64,000 bases of DNA from an uncultured virus (IMG/VR IMGVR_UViG_3300032046_000017) (IMGVR_UViG_3300032046_000017); one strand, 5' to 3'. Positions 1 through 9,865 are shown, numbered from the stretch's first letter. Notes: generated from the sequence alone by a model not told the origin. Translations and numbers: made by a program.

Positions 1-3000
1 TCATAACTGCGGACAGCGTCTGCATGAGCTTGCTGAGAAGCGTTGTCAATGTCTCTTGCCCTTAGCTCAGTAGACGCTTGCTGCGGTGCCTGAGGTTGAT
101 AAACGGGTTCTTGCCACTTAGTAGGCATAGCGGCGACGGTTTGTGTCTCAGTTTCCATCGGCACCGGTGCTGGTGGCGGCATTGTTGTGGACGCCATCAT
201 TGTGCCAGGCGTAGTAGTAGCAGCACCAGGCATTGGCACTGCTGGCTCAGTCATAAGCTTAGCTGGGGTTGCATGTGCATTCGCAGCTAGGCTGGCAGCA
301 TTGGCAGCAGCCATAACTAGACCAGCAGCATTACTTGGTGCTGCGGCCTGCTCTCTGACCGGGCTGGTATCAAATGCTGGGGTTTTGGCCGCCTTCCTAC
401 CACCATACACAGGAGCCCCACGGTCAGCTTCGGCAAGTATTGCATCGCGATTGGCTTTGCTCGCCTTGGCTTGCTCAGGAGTTTCTGGTGGCTTATCTTT
501 GGCATCGGCCTCAGCCTTAGCTTTATCCTCAGCAGTAAGTATTTCCGGCGGCACGTCGGTAGCATTTTCCGCAGCTTTGAGATCTGGTACAGGAACCTTA
601 CTCTTAAGAGCTTCGTCAATGGCGTCATACACGCCAGTGTGGTCTGCGGCCATGTCGGCCATCATAACAGCAGTACCAATGCCTGGGATCATAGACCCTA
701 AGGTCGTCAGCATCTTAATCTTGTCGGACGGAGAAATAGGCTCGCCCTTTTTGTACTTCTCCCACAGTTTAAGGGCTTGTGGTATGGCAACAGCGGCACC
801 AACCAAGGTACCAACCAACGGCACACCCTTAAGCAGCTTAAGCGGAGCGCCTGATCTGACCAGATTAGCAGCTTTACCAACCAGACCGGCAGCACTACCA
901 GCCAATCCCTTGGCGCCTTTTGCAACTAAACCGGCAGCTCCCTTAACACCGCCAAGAGCACCTTTGCCGCCTTTTTTGAAGAGGTTTTTCATCCGGCTGA
1001 GCACACCGGCTTTCTTGACCTTTTCGCCGGTCTTAGCAGCTTCCCCGGCTTTTCCTCCGTCAGTATCAATACTACCGCCGCCGTCTCCGCCGCCGCCAAC
1101 GCCCTTAGCCAGAATCGCTGCATGAATTTTGGCTAACTGCTCTTCCATTCTGCCAAATACTTTAAATTTCATCCAGATGCCAGCTGCTACGGCACTGCCA
1201 AGAAGCACTGGTATTGTGCCTAATTTTGCAAACAGCTCCTTAAAGTAGTTTCCTGATGCAGAGGCATAGCCAGCAAACTGGTCCTTAAGACCCTGCGTAA
1301 TAGAGCCAACCTGTCCCATCTGAACATTTAACTCGGCGGCTGCGGACTGCCTAGAAGCAGCTTCCGATACCATTTGGCTAAGCTCGGCCTGCTTACTTTT
1401 CACTACCTCATCGATAGAGTCTATTTGGATCTTCAGACCGGCGTCATCGCCTCCCTTGCCCATTTGTCCAACTAGCTTGGCTCTCTCCTCCGTATAAACC
1501 TTCATCTCTTTTTCTATCTTGACTCTTCTCACCTGGGCTGCCACCGCCTCAGCATCCAATCTTTTTTGCTCGACGGCTTTCATCTTCTGTTCGTTTTTGA
1601 GCTTTAGGAATTCCTTTAGATTTTTTGTCCGTTCCTGGTCAGTCAGCTTGGAGCCTGCCATAACCTCAGCCAACGCTTTGGAAATGCCTAGCTGATCAGC
1701 CAGCTGATCGGTAGGCAATTTAGCCAGTGCGGCTACTTGTTTCTGTTGCGTCTCCATAGCCTCAGCGGCCTTAACCATGCCATCAGCCACGTCCCTAGAT
1801 ACGCCCATTTGCTTGGCTATGGTTTCGGTTGATGCGCCGGTGGCCCGCGACAGATTGAGCAGCTGCTTATTCATGGCCTCAATGCCAACACTTGTGCCTT
1901 GCGTTAGCTCCTGAATTAGACGCATGCCCTCGTAAGAATTTCGGTCGCCACTCTTGATTTCTTTGAGTATGCCTTGCACGCGCTTACTAAGACCAGGCTT
2001 AGCAGCGTCCAGGGAGTCACCAAACTGCTCCTGAAAGGCCTTAGCGCCAGCCTCACCACCGTCGCCGAAGGTTACCGCCATGTTACCAGCTAGGTCCTCA
2101 CCGGCCAAAACTTGCATCCATTCTGGAGCTTGTGTGGTGAGCCCAGCAGTAAATGCCTCGGCCTTTTTCCTGGCATTGTCGTAACTTTCGCCCGTAGCTT
2201 GGATACGAGCTATGTTGTCCCTAAGGATGCTACCAACCAACCGCTGGTCAATAGCATATATGGTAGTTTGGCTCGATATTTGTTGCAGCGTCTTGGCTAG
2301 GTCATCGCCTCTGATGATGGTGCGGCCAAACGTACTGTTGATGCGCTCCGATTCGACCCTAAGCTCATTAAGGCCAATCAATGCCGAGGCTGCGGTACCA
2401 CCAAATTTGTCCATCCTAGTAGAGACAAAGTCAACGGCTTCTGGCACAGTTATGCCGATAGCACGAGACACGGCAATAGCGCCTTCTGTCAACTTTCCTA
2501 ACGCTTCTGGATTGCTTTTGCCAGTAATACGGGCAAAGTCAACCATGGCACCGGACACGACATCTATTGACACGCCCATGCGATAAGCGGTAGACTCGGC
2601 GTTGGCTATCGCTTCGTTAAATGACAACACTTCCTTGTGAGTGTCAATAAACGATACAACAGATTTGCCCATGCTAGCGGGCAGACTGCTACCAAAAAAG
2701 GAGCTAAGTGATTCGCCGGTGCCAAGAATTGCTTTTCCGGTGGCACTGAGGTCTTTTGACGCCGAGGTTAACGGGGCGCCAAAGCCTCTGAAGCCCTGGA
2801 TTAAGATCTTCTGTCTAACTTCGGCAGCTTCCGTGTATCTGCTGTATGCCTTCATTGCCAGGCTGGCAAAAGTCAGGCCACCGGCGAATTTAACAATACC
2901 GGTATTGGCCAATGTGAAGGCTTTGCCTAGTTTGGTATGCTCCCGGAAGTTTTGGAGAGCAGCTTCCTTTAGCTCAATTGCCTGCTTTTTGGCAAGAGCG

Positions 3001-3344
3001 TGAGCGTCAGTCTGAGATTTGGCGGCGCTTAGTATTATCTCCTGACTTTTCTTAATAGCAGCGTCATTGGCCTTAATAGCCTTGAGTGTGTCCTCCGACA
3101 CCTCCAAACCGGCCTCGGCTTGTTCGATCATGTCCTTTTGGAGTTTTAATCTTGCTGTTTCGGCAAGGCGCAGTTTATTGGTGGCTCTCTCCAGGGCCAC
3201 CAAGTTTAGCAGCCCTTTGGTGTCACCAGCCTTCAGAGCTGACTTCTTAGCTTCCTCTAGCTGCCCTAGTGCTTTGGTAAGCTCGGTAACAGACGCACTT
3301 TGTTTGGCTATTTGTTCTAGGGTAGCGCTAATATCGTCAGCCAT
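1..3344 (-). CDS. Large Ala/Lys-rich coiled-coil protein, tape-measure-like; over 1114 aa, 3' end outside the window
   Basis: ATG at 3344 preceded by GAGGTG; translates MADDISATLEQIAKQSASVTELTKAL. Same frame was open in spot checks near 1080-1140 and 3-60 (not read codon by codon). Has helical and hydrophobic Gly/Ala segments (LGTIPVLLGSAVAAGIW). Absent from the ORF track, presumably because no stop lies inside the window. Confidence 0.55.
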   Translation of the reverse strand, partial: MADDISATLEQIAKQSASVTELTKALGQLEEAKKSALKAGDTKGLLNLVALERATNKLRLAETARLKLQKDMIEQAEAGLEVSEDTLKAIKANDAAIKKSQEIILSAAKSQTDAHALAKKQAIELKEAALQNFREHTKLGKAFTLANTGIVKFAGGLTFASLAMKAYSRYTEAAEVRQKILIQGFRGFGAPLTSASKDLSATGKAILGTGESLSSFFGSSLPASMGKSVVSFIDTHKEVLSFNEAIANAESTAYRMGVSIDVVSGAMVDFARITGKSNPEALGKLTEGAIAVSRAIGITVPEAVDFVSTRMDKFGGTAASALIGLNELRVESERINSTFGRTIIRGDDLAKTLQQISSQTTIYAIDQRLVGSILRDNIARIQATGESYDNARKKAEAFTAGLTTQAPEWMQVLAGEDLAGNMAVTFGDGGEAGAKAFQEQFGDSLDAAKPGLSKRVQGILKEIKSGDRNSYEGMRLIQELTQGTSVGIEAMNKQLLNLSRATGASTETIAKQMGVSRDVADGMVKAAEAMETQQKQVAALAKLPTDQLADQLGISKALAEVMAGSKLTDQERTKNLKEFLKLKNEQKMKAVEQKRLDAEAVAAQVRRVKIEKEMKVYTEERAKLVGQMGKGGDDAGLKIQIDSIDEVVKSKQAELSQMVSEAASRQSAAAELNVQMGQVGSITQGLKDQFAGYASASGNYFKELFAKLGTIPVLLGSAVAAGIWMKFKVFGRMEEQLAKIHAAILAKGVGGGGDGGGSIDTDGGKAGEAAKTGEKVKKAGVLSRMKNLFKKGGKGALGGVKGAAGLVAKGAKGLAGSAAGLVGKAANLVRSGAPLKLLKGVPLVGTLVGAAVAIPQALKLWEKYKKGEPISPSDKIKMLTTLGSMIPGIGTAVMMADMAADHTGVYDAIDEALKSKVPVPDLKAAENATDVPPEILTAEDKAKAEADAKDKPPETPEQAKASKANRDAILAEADRGAPVYGGRKAAKTPAFDTSPVREQAAAPSNAAGLVMAAANAASLAANAHATPAKLMTEPAVPMPGAATTTPGTMMASTTMPPPAPVPMETETQTVAAMPTKWQEPVYQPQAPQQASTELRARDIDNASQQAHADAVRSY

Positions 3345-3367
3345 GGAAACACCTCAGCTATTAATTC

Positions 3368-4291
3368 TTACAACTTGTGCAAGAGGTCTTTTGGATCAAT
3401 ACTAAATTCGTCAATTATGGCCAGCAGCGTGCCCATATCGCTCTTGATGCTAACCGCCCGCTCGCCGGGTTTGGTAGCCTTCTCCGCAACGTCTATTGTG
3501 ATTTCTCGGTCAGCGGAAGATGTCACATGCGTGTCAATCAGTCGCTTAAGAGTCCTTTCTAACGCCTGCTTAGACATACCAAACTCTGACTCCTGGACAT
3601 AGCTGTGTAGTGCCTTTAGCGGTACTGACAGCTCTGGTTCAAGGTCGCTCGTATCTAGGTTTAGGCGCGACACCCAGTCCTTGTCTCTCTTAAATAGTTC
3701 GGACATTGCGGCAATAGAGTCAGCATCTAGCACGCCGGTTTCTACTGACTTGGTTAAAAAACTGGCCAGCTTCTCGTTCTGTTCGATTTGCTTGGTTAGT
3801 GGACCAAGCTTGTTATAATTCTCGCGCAAGAATTTTTGCAGCTCATCCTTTTCCGCTTTCTTGTCCTTGTCCACAAACAGGTCGGAAAGCCAGTTAAGCA
3901 TTCCCTTTTTCTTCGGTGCGGCTTCCTGGGTAGTGGGCACGGGATCAGGAGCTTTGGGCGGCACTGGTGGCACTTCCTGGGCTGCTGGGGCAGGCGCTGG
4001 TGTTGGGGCTTTGGGCGGCACAGGAACCTTCTCCAGTGCTTTCTTGGCTGCCTTCTTCGCTTTGCGACCAGCACCATACGCTACTTTGGCTTCTGCTAAA
4101 AGACTTCGCTCATGAGCGTTTAACGGCCTTATTGCGGCTTCTTCGGAGGCAGCCATGGCCAAGTAGTCTAGCACCTGCTCATCAGGCAAACCGGTGCTGT
4201 ACACACCGTCGCGGTAAGACGAGAACACCAGCGCGTGGCCATTCCTCCCGTAGTACATAAAGTGCCCAGGCTTATACGCCAGTAAAGTCAT
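3368..4291 (-). CDS. Hypothetical protein, 307 aa, with Pro/Ala/Lys-rich linker
   Basis: ORF with GGAG SD; repeated PVPPKAP motif; directly upstream of the tape-measure-like gene. Confidence 0.7.
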   Translation of the reverse strand: MTLLAYKPGHFMYYGRNGHALVFSSYRDGVYSTGLPDEQVLDYLAMAASEEAAIRPLNAHERSLLAEAKVAYGAGRKAKKAAKKALEKVPVPPKAPTPAPAPAAQEVPPVPPKAPDPVPTTQEAAPKKKGMLNWLSDLFVDKDKKAEKDELQKFLRENYNKLGPLTKQIEQNEKLASFLTKSVETGVLDADSIAAMSELFKRDKDWVSRLNLDTSDLEPELSVPLKALHSYVQESEFGMSKQALERTLKRLIDTHVTSSADREITIDVAEKATKPGERAVSIKSDMGTLLAIIDEFSIDPKDLLHKL

Positions 4292-4300
4292 GTGCTGCTC

Positions 4301-4570
4301 CTAGTCGGGTTTTGAGGCTGCCAACTTCTTCATTTTTGCCGGTGATTTTCCAAACTCATCGGCTAGACTGGCTATTTTCCTGACGTAAACACGGGCTGCT
4401 TCTTCGATAGTAATGTTGTCGTTCATAGCCATCTTTTCCAATGCCAGTCTCACCTGCGGATCATGCAATAGCTTGGACATCTGCTTTTCTATTAATTCTT
4501 CCATACTAATAGGGGCACTTGCCATAACTCTGCCTAGTGCCGCAATAACGGCTTGTGGTAACATTGCCAT
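4301..4570 (-). CDS. Hypothetical protein, about 89 aa
   Basis: ATG at 4570 preceded by GAGGA; fits the operon without overlapping the nuclease gene. Confidence 0.6.
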   Translation of the reverse strand: MAMLPQAVIAALGRVMASAPISMEELIEKQMSKLLHDPQVRLALEKMAMNDNITIEEAARVYVRKIASLADEFGKSPAKMKKLAASKPD

Positions 4571-4589
4571 TAGGTCCTCACATGTAAAT

Positions 4590-5036
4590 TTAACGAGAAG
4601 AGCAAACAAAAGGTGCCTTGGTTTTGCCATAATAGGCGTGGGCCAACCCATGCGCTAACATTGACTTACCAACATCCGGGCTCTTTGCCGACGATACATC
4701 ACAAAGCAACCTGAAGTACTTGTCCTTTTCGCAGTTGCGCAGCGTTACCACTTCATTTTCGGCGAAAAGAGCCGAAAGCTCAACTTTTGCCATCTCGGCT
4801 AAGTGACGCTCGCAGGTCAACTTTGACGTCATTTCGGCAGTATCAATACCTTTCACACGCACAGAAATCAGCGAAAATACTTTGGGTAAATTGGCAATCT
4901 TTACCTTTATTGTGTCCCCGTCGTGGGCCTCCAAGTAAACAGCCTGGATATCGGAAACGTTTCCAGCAGCTGCCGGAGGAAGTTCGGCATTAGCTATTGC
5001 ACTTAGTATAATAAAGATAGCAACCAAGGACTTCAT
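4590..5036 (-). CDS. Thermonuclease (staphylococcal nuclease family) with signal peptide
   Basis: Motifs DGDT, VRVKGIDTAE, DKYFRLL, GLA; hydrophobic N-terminus ending in ANA. Confidence 0.88.
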   Translation of the reverse strand: MKSLVAIFIILSAIANAELPPAAAGNVSDIQAVYLEAHDGDTIKVKIANLPKVFSLISVRVKGIDTAEMTSKLTCERHLAEMAKVELSALFAENEVVTLRNCEKDKYFRLLCDVSSAKSPDVGKSMLAHGLAHAYYGKTKAPFVCSSR

Positions 5037-5058
5037 ACTACCTACCTACCCAAAAGTG

Positions 5059-7743
5059 TTAAGTGGCCTTAATCGTAATAGTAGCAAAATTGCCAACAGT
5101 GGTTGGACGATCTCGCACTGTCACAATCAGGTAATCGTCAACACCGAACGCTGCAGACAGTCCTGACACATTGTTGGAACTCATAACGTTAGCACCAGCG
5201 GCTGGTACGATCACAGACGTAACGCTCCCGACTCCGGCTGGCGGTGACGCTGGAAGACTGCCAGACAACATCTTATGAAACTCAAAGTAAGTAGCAGCCG
5301 GGCCTCCGAACCCGCTGTCTCCCATCGACACTATGACTTTGTCGATGGTCAAAGCAGTGGCCATTCGGAATATGACGTAGGCTGGGCCAACCACAAGACC
5401 GTCTGGCGCAGACAAAGCCCAAACGTAAACAATTGGTGCTGTGCCTTGCGGGCCAGTAGTACCAGCAATGCCCTGAATACCTGTCGGACCGCGCAAACCG
5501 GTTGGTCCTGGTAGACCAGTAGGGCCTAGGCCTCCTATGCCGGTTGCCCCTAATGAGCCGGTTTGCCCCTGCGGCCCTGTCATTCCTCTTATGCCAGTAA
5601 TGCCTTGGATGCCAACACCAGTATTGCCTTGGACGCCCGTTGTACCGACACCAGTAGGACCCAGGCTACCAGTAGTCCCGTCAACACCTTGGAAGCCTCT
5701 AGGACCCGTGGCACCCGCCGGACCAATCGGACCGGCACTACCAAAGCCGGTATCGCCACGAGGCCCAGTTGGACCACGCAAGCCGGTAGCGCCGTCAGGG
5801 CCTGGATTGCCTTGTACGCCGGTGAATCCAAACAAGCCGGTGGCACCGCGAAGACCAGTCTCGCCTTGCACGCCAGCGCCAGTATTACCCAGTGCACCAG
5901 TTTGCCCAGCCGGACCAGTTATGCCCTGGCCTTGCGGACCAGTCGGTCCCCGCCCTGTTTCGCCTTGTGGCCCCATAAAGCCTTGTACCCCAGTCGCACC
6001 AACAGCACCAATAGGTCCGGTAGTTCCTCTATTACCAGCTGGGCCAAGCGAACCAGTATCTCCTTGCGGCCCCGGCGAGCCAATTCCGGTTTGGCCTTGG
6101 ACCCCAGTTGTTCCTCTCGCCCCGGTCGGGCCTGGTGCTCCCTCGTAACCGGTGGCACCAAGGCCAATAGGACCTTGCACGCCAGTGGTGCCCTTAGCCC
6201 CAGTCTCGCCTTGGATTCCAGTCTGGCCATCAACACCAGTGGAACCAGCACCAACTGGGCCTTGGACCCCCGTGTGGCCCTGGTTTCCGACACCAATCGG
6301 GCCTTGGACGCCAGTGGCTCCTGCTATCCCAGTTGCACCACGAAAGCCGGTGTGTCCTCTTGCTCCTGTTACGCCACCAGGGCCTTGTTGCCCTTGCAGT
6401 CCAGTTAGGCCTTGGCTTCCTGCGGCACCGATGCTTCCTGTTATTCCTTGCACACCAGTCTGGCCTTGCTGACCAGCAGCTCCTGACCCCGTCTCGCCTT
6501 GGGCACCAGTGGTGCCGACGATCCCAGTAGTGCCAGCAGCACCAGTGTCGCCACGCTGACCGGCAATACCAAAGCCGGTAGCTCCTCGTAACCCGGTGAC
6601 GCCAGCAGGCCCCACTACGCTGGCGCCGGTGTTGCCACGTTGTCCCTGCAAGCCAACGCCAGTTGTACCTTGTAACCCAGTAGCGCCCTTGGTGCCAGCC
6701 GCGCCGGTAGCGCCAGGAGAACCGGCAGATCCAGGCGTACCAGGAATCCCAGTAAAGCCAAATAGGCCGGTAGCTCCGGTAAGGCCAGTATTTCCCTTAG
6801 AGCCTACCGCACCAGCAGCGCCAGTGTTTCCTTGGTTTCCGGCTGCGCCAGTGGCTCCGACCGTACCAGCAGCACCAGTTGTCCCTCTCTGGCCAACGAA
6901 CCCTAAGCCCGTGGCTCCTTGCCCGCCTGCTGGCCCAGTTGCTCCGGCTGTGCCAGTAGTGCCAGCGCCGGTGGTTCCTTGCAACCCAGTTGTCCCGGCG
7001 CCGGTTGCTCCTTGTAACCCAGTACCGCCAATGCGCCCAGTGGTGCCTTGCGCACCAGTCTGGCCTTGCGTTCCTGTTTGGCCTTGCGCACCAGTGTCGC
7101 CATCTAATCCGTCCAGTCCGCTAAGACCCGTTTGGCCTTGGGCGCCCTGCAGTCCGGTGAACCCCTGCGCACCGGCAGGTCCGGTAATGCCTGTACTACC
7201 TAAAATGCCCGTGCTGCCTTGGGTACCGCCAGGCCCTTGTTGTCCAATGGCGCCAGTAGGTCCCCGCAACCCAGTAACACCGTGATGCCCAGTGGCTCCT
7301 CGCGGACCGGTTAGGCCTTGTTGCCCCGGTACTGACGGACCAGTAACACCAGCCGCACCAGCAGGCCCTGTGACTGAGATTAAGCTTATGTTCTTGAAGA
7401 AGTCGATGTTACGTGACGTTTGGGCCAGTGTGTTGGACGCCTGCGACGTCACTTCTAGTAGACCTAATTCCCCGGACACCTCTCCGATTATGCCTTGTCC
7501 GGTGGTTGGCTGAGCTGGTGCACCAAGGTCGTCCCATAGAAGAGTCAACACTAATGGTGCTGTGCTGTTTACTGTTGATATTATGTACCTATTACCGGCC
7601 ACATCAATAACTGCCATTCCGGCTTGGATGCCAGAGACAGAATACAGCCCACGTCCATCGCTAAACGTAGCTGAGATCTGGTAGGGCGACGTGATAACAG
7701 GTACGAGATCTATGTCAATAATGCCAGAAAATCTAGTGCTAAT
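5059..7743 (-). CDS. Collagen-like fibre protein, about 894 aa, probable ATT start (ORF track starts it at ATG 7617)
   Basis: About 640 aa of Gly-X-Y between globular ends. The frame stays open upstream of 7617, GGAGG lies 8 nt before ATT at 7743, and the extension aligns with the N-terminus of the 6791-aa protein. Confidence 0.85.
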   Translation of the reverse strand: MSTRFSGIIDIDLVPVITSPYQISATFSDGRGLYSVSGIQAGMAVIDVAGNRYIISTVNSTAPLVLTLLWDDLGAPAQPTTGQGIIGEVSGELGLLEVTSQASNTLAQTSRNIDFFKNISLISVTGPAGAAGVTGPSVPGQQGLTGPRGATGHHGVTGLRGPTGAIGQQGPGGTQGSTGILGSTGITGPAGAQGFTGLQGAQGQTGLSGLDGLDGDTGAQGQTGTQGQTGAQGTTGRIGGTGLQGATGAGTTGLQGTTGAGTTGTAGATGPAGGQGATGLGFVGQRGTTGAAGTVGATGAAGNQGNTGAAGAVGSKGNTGLTGATGLFGFTGIPGTPGSAGSPGATGAAGTKGATGLQGTTGVGLQGQRGNTGASVVGPAGVTGLRGATGFGIAGQRGDTGAAGTTGIVGTTGAQGETGSGAAGQQGQTGVQGITGSIGAAGSQGLTGLQGQQGPGGVTGARGHTGFRGATGIAGATGVQGPIGVGNQGHTGVQGPVGAGSTGVDGQTGIQGETGAKGTTGVQGPIGLGATGYEGAPGPTGARGTTGVQGQTGIGSPGPQGDTGSLGPAGNRGTTGPIGAVGATGVQGFMGPQGETGRGPTGPQGQGITGPAGQTGALGNTGAGVQGETGLRGATGLFGFTGVQGNPGPDGATGLRGPTGPRGDTGFGSAGPIGPAGATGPRGFQGVDGTTGSLGPTGVGTTGVQGNTGVGIQGITGIRGMTGPQGQTGSLGATGIGGLGPTGLPGPTGLRGPTGIQGIAGTTGPQGTAPIVYVWALSAPDGLVVGPAYVIFRMATALTIDKVIVSMGDSGFGGPAATYFEFHKMLSGSLPASPPAGVGSVTSVIVPAAGANVMSSNNVSGLSAAFGVDDYLIVTVRDRPTTVGNFATITIKAT

Positions 7744-7848
7744 GGTTTCGCCCTCCGCAACATGGCCAGTAATAACGCAAGGCCAACTGCCTTCGTAAAT
7801 AAGATAGCTAGGACTGTTATATTTCGTATTTCCAACATAGGTGGTTAT

Positions 7849-8361
7849 ATGGTTTTTAACTGCTGGATATGCGCTAAATTACTGCCCGCAATGTACAAAC
7901 ATACGCATCACAAAATCCCGCAGGCAACCGGAGGAGCCGATACGCCTGGCAACTTAGTGGAGCTTTGCCCAGGGTGTCACGACGCCTTGCACAACGTGGC
8001 ATACAGGCTGCTATCCGCCAAGCATTCATTGGCTAGCATCCGCTCGGACGTTGGTATGATCTATCAAAACGCAGAGGCGTCCGCCAGATGCTTCGAGTTG
8101 GCGTGTTTGGTAAGAGATGCCGAGGTGGCGGCTAGGGAAGGCTTGGTAGAGGGGCGCAGCGTCCATGCTGCTGCCACAACTCTTAGTACCAAGGCTAAGA
8201 ATGCGCTAAGAATGCGCACCAAGGAACTAGGCATATCGCAGGAAGCGTACCTACGGTCGCTGGTGTTATCCGACCTGATAAAGGCGTATGGCGTAGCAAT
8301 AGCCAGCGATGACCTAACAACTGTTACCAGTGCCAATTCGCCGCGTATGCGCAAGAAGTAG
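7849..8361 (+). CDS. HNH domain protein with possible C-terminal ribbon-helix-helix domain
   Basis: CWIC...HHKIP..TGG.D...NLVELCPGCHDALH is an HNH/Zn motif; C-terminal LSTKAKNALRMRTKELGISQEAYLRSLV resembles CopG-type RHH; AGGTGG SD before ATG 7849. Confidence 0.72.
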   Translation: MVFNCWICAKLLPAMYKHTHHKIPQATGGADTPGNLVELCPGCHDALHNVAYRLLSAKHSLASIRSDVGMIYQNAEASARCFELACLVRDAEVAAREGLVEGRSVHAAATTLSTKAKNALRMRTKELGISQEAYLRSLVLSDLIKAYGVAIASDDLTTVTSANSPRMRKK

Positions 8362-8418
8362 CAATGCCAAGAGAAGCCCGTAGTGGAGCGGTCTATGACG
8401 CTATGCAGCAAGCTGTGC

Positions 8419-8448
8419 TTGACACTATGTGTTGCGCTGTGATACTAT
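8419..8448 (+). promoter_or_regulatory. Sigma70-type promoter upstream of the 444-aa gene
   Basis: TTGACA (8419-8424), 18-nt spacer, TGn plus TACTAT (8443-8448). Confidence 0.65.
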
Positions 8449-8520
8449 GTGTTCTGATCCATCAAGTGACACCGTTTTTTGCTGCTATTGTAGTAATCAT
8501 GAAGTTGTGGGAGAGAAGAA

Positions 8521-9855
8521 ATGTTGAAGCTGCCAAAATCTTACGAAGAATCTTTTAAACACAGAATTGGAGAATTTTTAGCAACACTGCCAATTGCCGA
8601 CGATGACAAAACCGCATGCGAAGTCGAGATAGTAAGACTCGTACTTCAGATTCAAAACGGCTCTGGGTCGGCAACGATCCGAAAGAACACCTTCGCACTA
8701 GGCGTTCTAGAAGAATTTACCTATTTTAAGAATCACTACCTGGACTTTTCGCAATACCTAAACCGCGTACTGTGGGTATTGGTACCAGAATTTATAAGAG
8801 AGAAGGAGATTCACTCTAATAAGCATGTTGCCGATGACATAGAATACTGTCTATCGGTTGTGATGTCGCCAAGCAATGCAAAAAGTAGCGAGGATCTTGC
8901 CAAGCTGTCCAAAAAGCAAGTCAATTCAGCATTTAACGTTGATTTCATGACTATTGATGAGAATTGGACCACTGGCCGGAAGACACGTAGGTCCCTTTCG
9001 GCATATGTCAAGTCGAAAGTTGGAACGGTAAAATTCCTGTGGGATTACGATCTGGCCTTTGAGCAGGAAGATTTTGAACAAGAACTAATTGTGGAAATCC
9101 TTCGCGTATTTAACACTTACCCAAAGTCCAAAGGTACCAACGCCGGACTGGACGACAACTCCGAAAGTAGCATCCGAAATCGCATCGAAATGTATATCGA
9201 GATGGCGATCAATAACAAGGTCAATAACTTAAAAGAGTACTACACTTGTGACAATCGCCAACGGGTGTCCAACTCGCATTCTGCGCTGTACAAAGAGAAG
9301 AAGAAGATCAAGAAGCTGATCACAAAGGCGGCTAAGGAAATAGCCGATATGAGCATAGCCACTTTGTCGCCACCGGTCTGCCAGGAATTGGCTACTCGTG
9401 AGGAAAAGGAAGGCGCTCTTGCGGCACTGCGGCAGTCAGAAGTAGACCTTGGCGCGAAAATCAAGAATACCGAAACTGACTATAGGTCCATTGTGACACC
9501 TATGGTAAACCGCGACGAATCTGGCGAGGAGTCCACTATGGAGCTTAACGGCGAGGAGGTTGGCTTTAATGTTGGCCCAACCTCGCCCTACTCGCCTCAT
9601 AGCATAGAAAACAGCGTGTGGACTAGTAAGGTGGTGGAAAGACTGCGTATTGATGGCGAGGAAAAAATAGCGCGGTTTGTTGAGATTATTGTGCACGAAC
9701 ACGACCCGGCGTTTGACGCCTGGGCAGACCAGGAAGGCGTTAACACCAACAATCCAGCACTGCGTGCACGTGGGGCCAAGACTTTCTTGGGCCTATCGTC
9801 CAAGGAACTCAAGTCCTCACGCCTGTCTGGCTGGTTAAAGTCTAACATTGGGTAA
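8521..9855 (+). CDS. Putative phage sigma-factor-like transcription protein, 444 aa
   Basis: EQEDFEQELIVEILRVFNTY...EMYIEMAINNKVNNLKEY resembles sigma70 region 2; the rest is unrecognised. Confidence 0.4.
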   Translation: MLKLPKSYEESFKHRIGEFLATLPIADDDKTACEVEIVRLVLQIQNGSGSATIRKNTFALGVLEEFTYFKNHYLDFSQYLNRVLWVLVPEFIREKEIHSNKHVADDIEYCLSVVMSPSNAKSSEDLAKLSKKQVNSAFNVDFMTIDENWTTGRKTRRSLSAYVKSKVGTVKFLWDYDLAFEQEDFEQELIVEILRVFNTYPKSKGTNAGLDDNSESSIRNRIEMYIEMAINNKVNNLKEYYTCDNRQRVSNSHSALYKEKKKIKKLITKAAKEIADMSIATLSPPVCQELATREEKEGALAALRQSEVDLGAKIKNTETDYRSIVTPMVNRDESGEESTMELNGEEVGFNVGPTSPYSPHSIENSVWTSKVVERLRIDGEEKIARFVEIIVHEHDPAFDAWADQEGVNTNNPALRARGAKTFLGLSSKELKSSRLSGWLKSNIG

Positions 9856-9865
9856 AATGAAATGG

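Noticed and set aside
78..3405. Plus-strand ORFs such as 187-1125
   Set aside because: They lie antisense to the long SD-led minus-strand gene
5275..7610. Pro/Val/Cys-rich ORFs opposite the 894-aa collagen
   Set aside because: Antisense shadows of the collagen repeat
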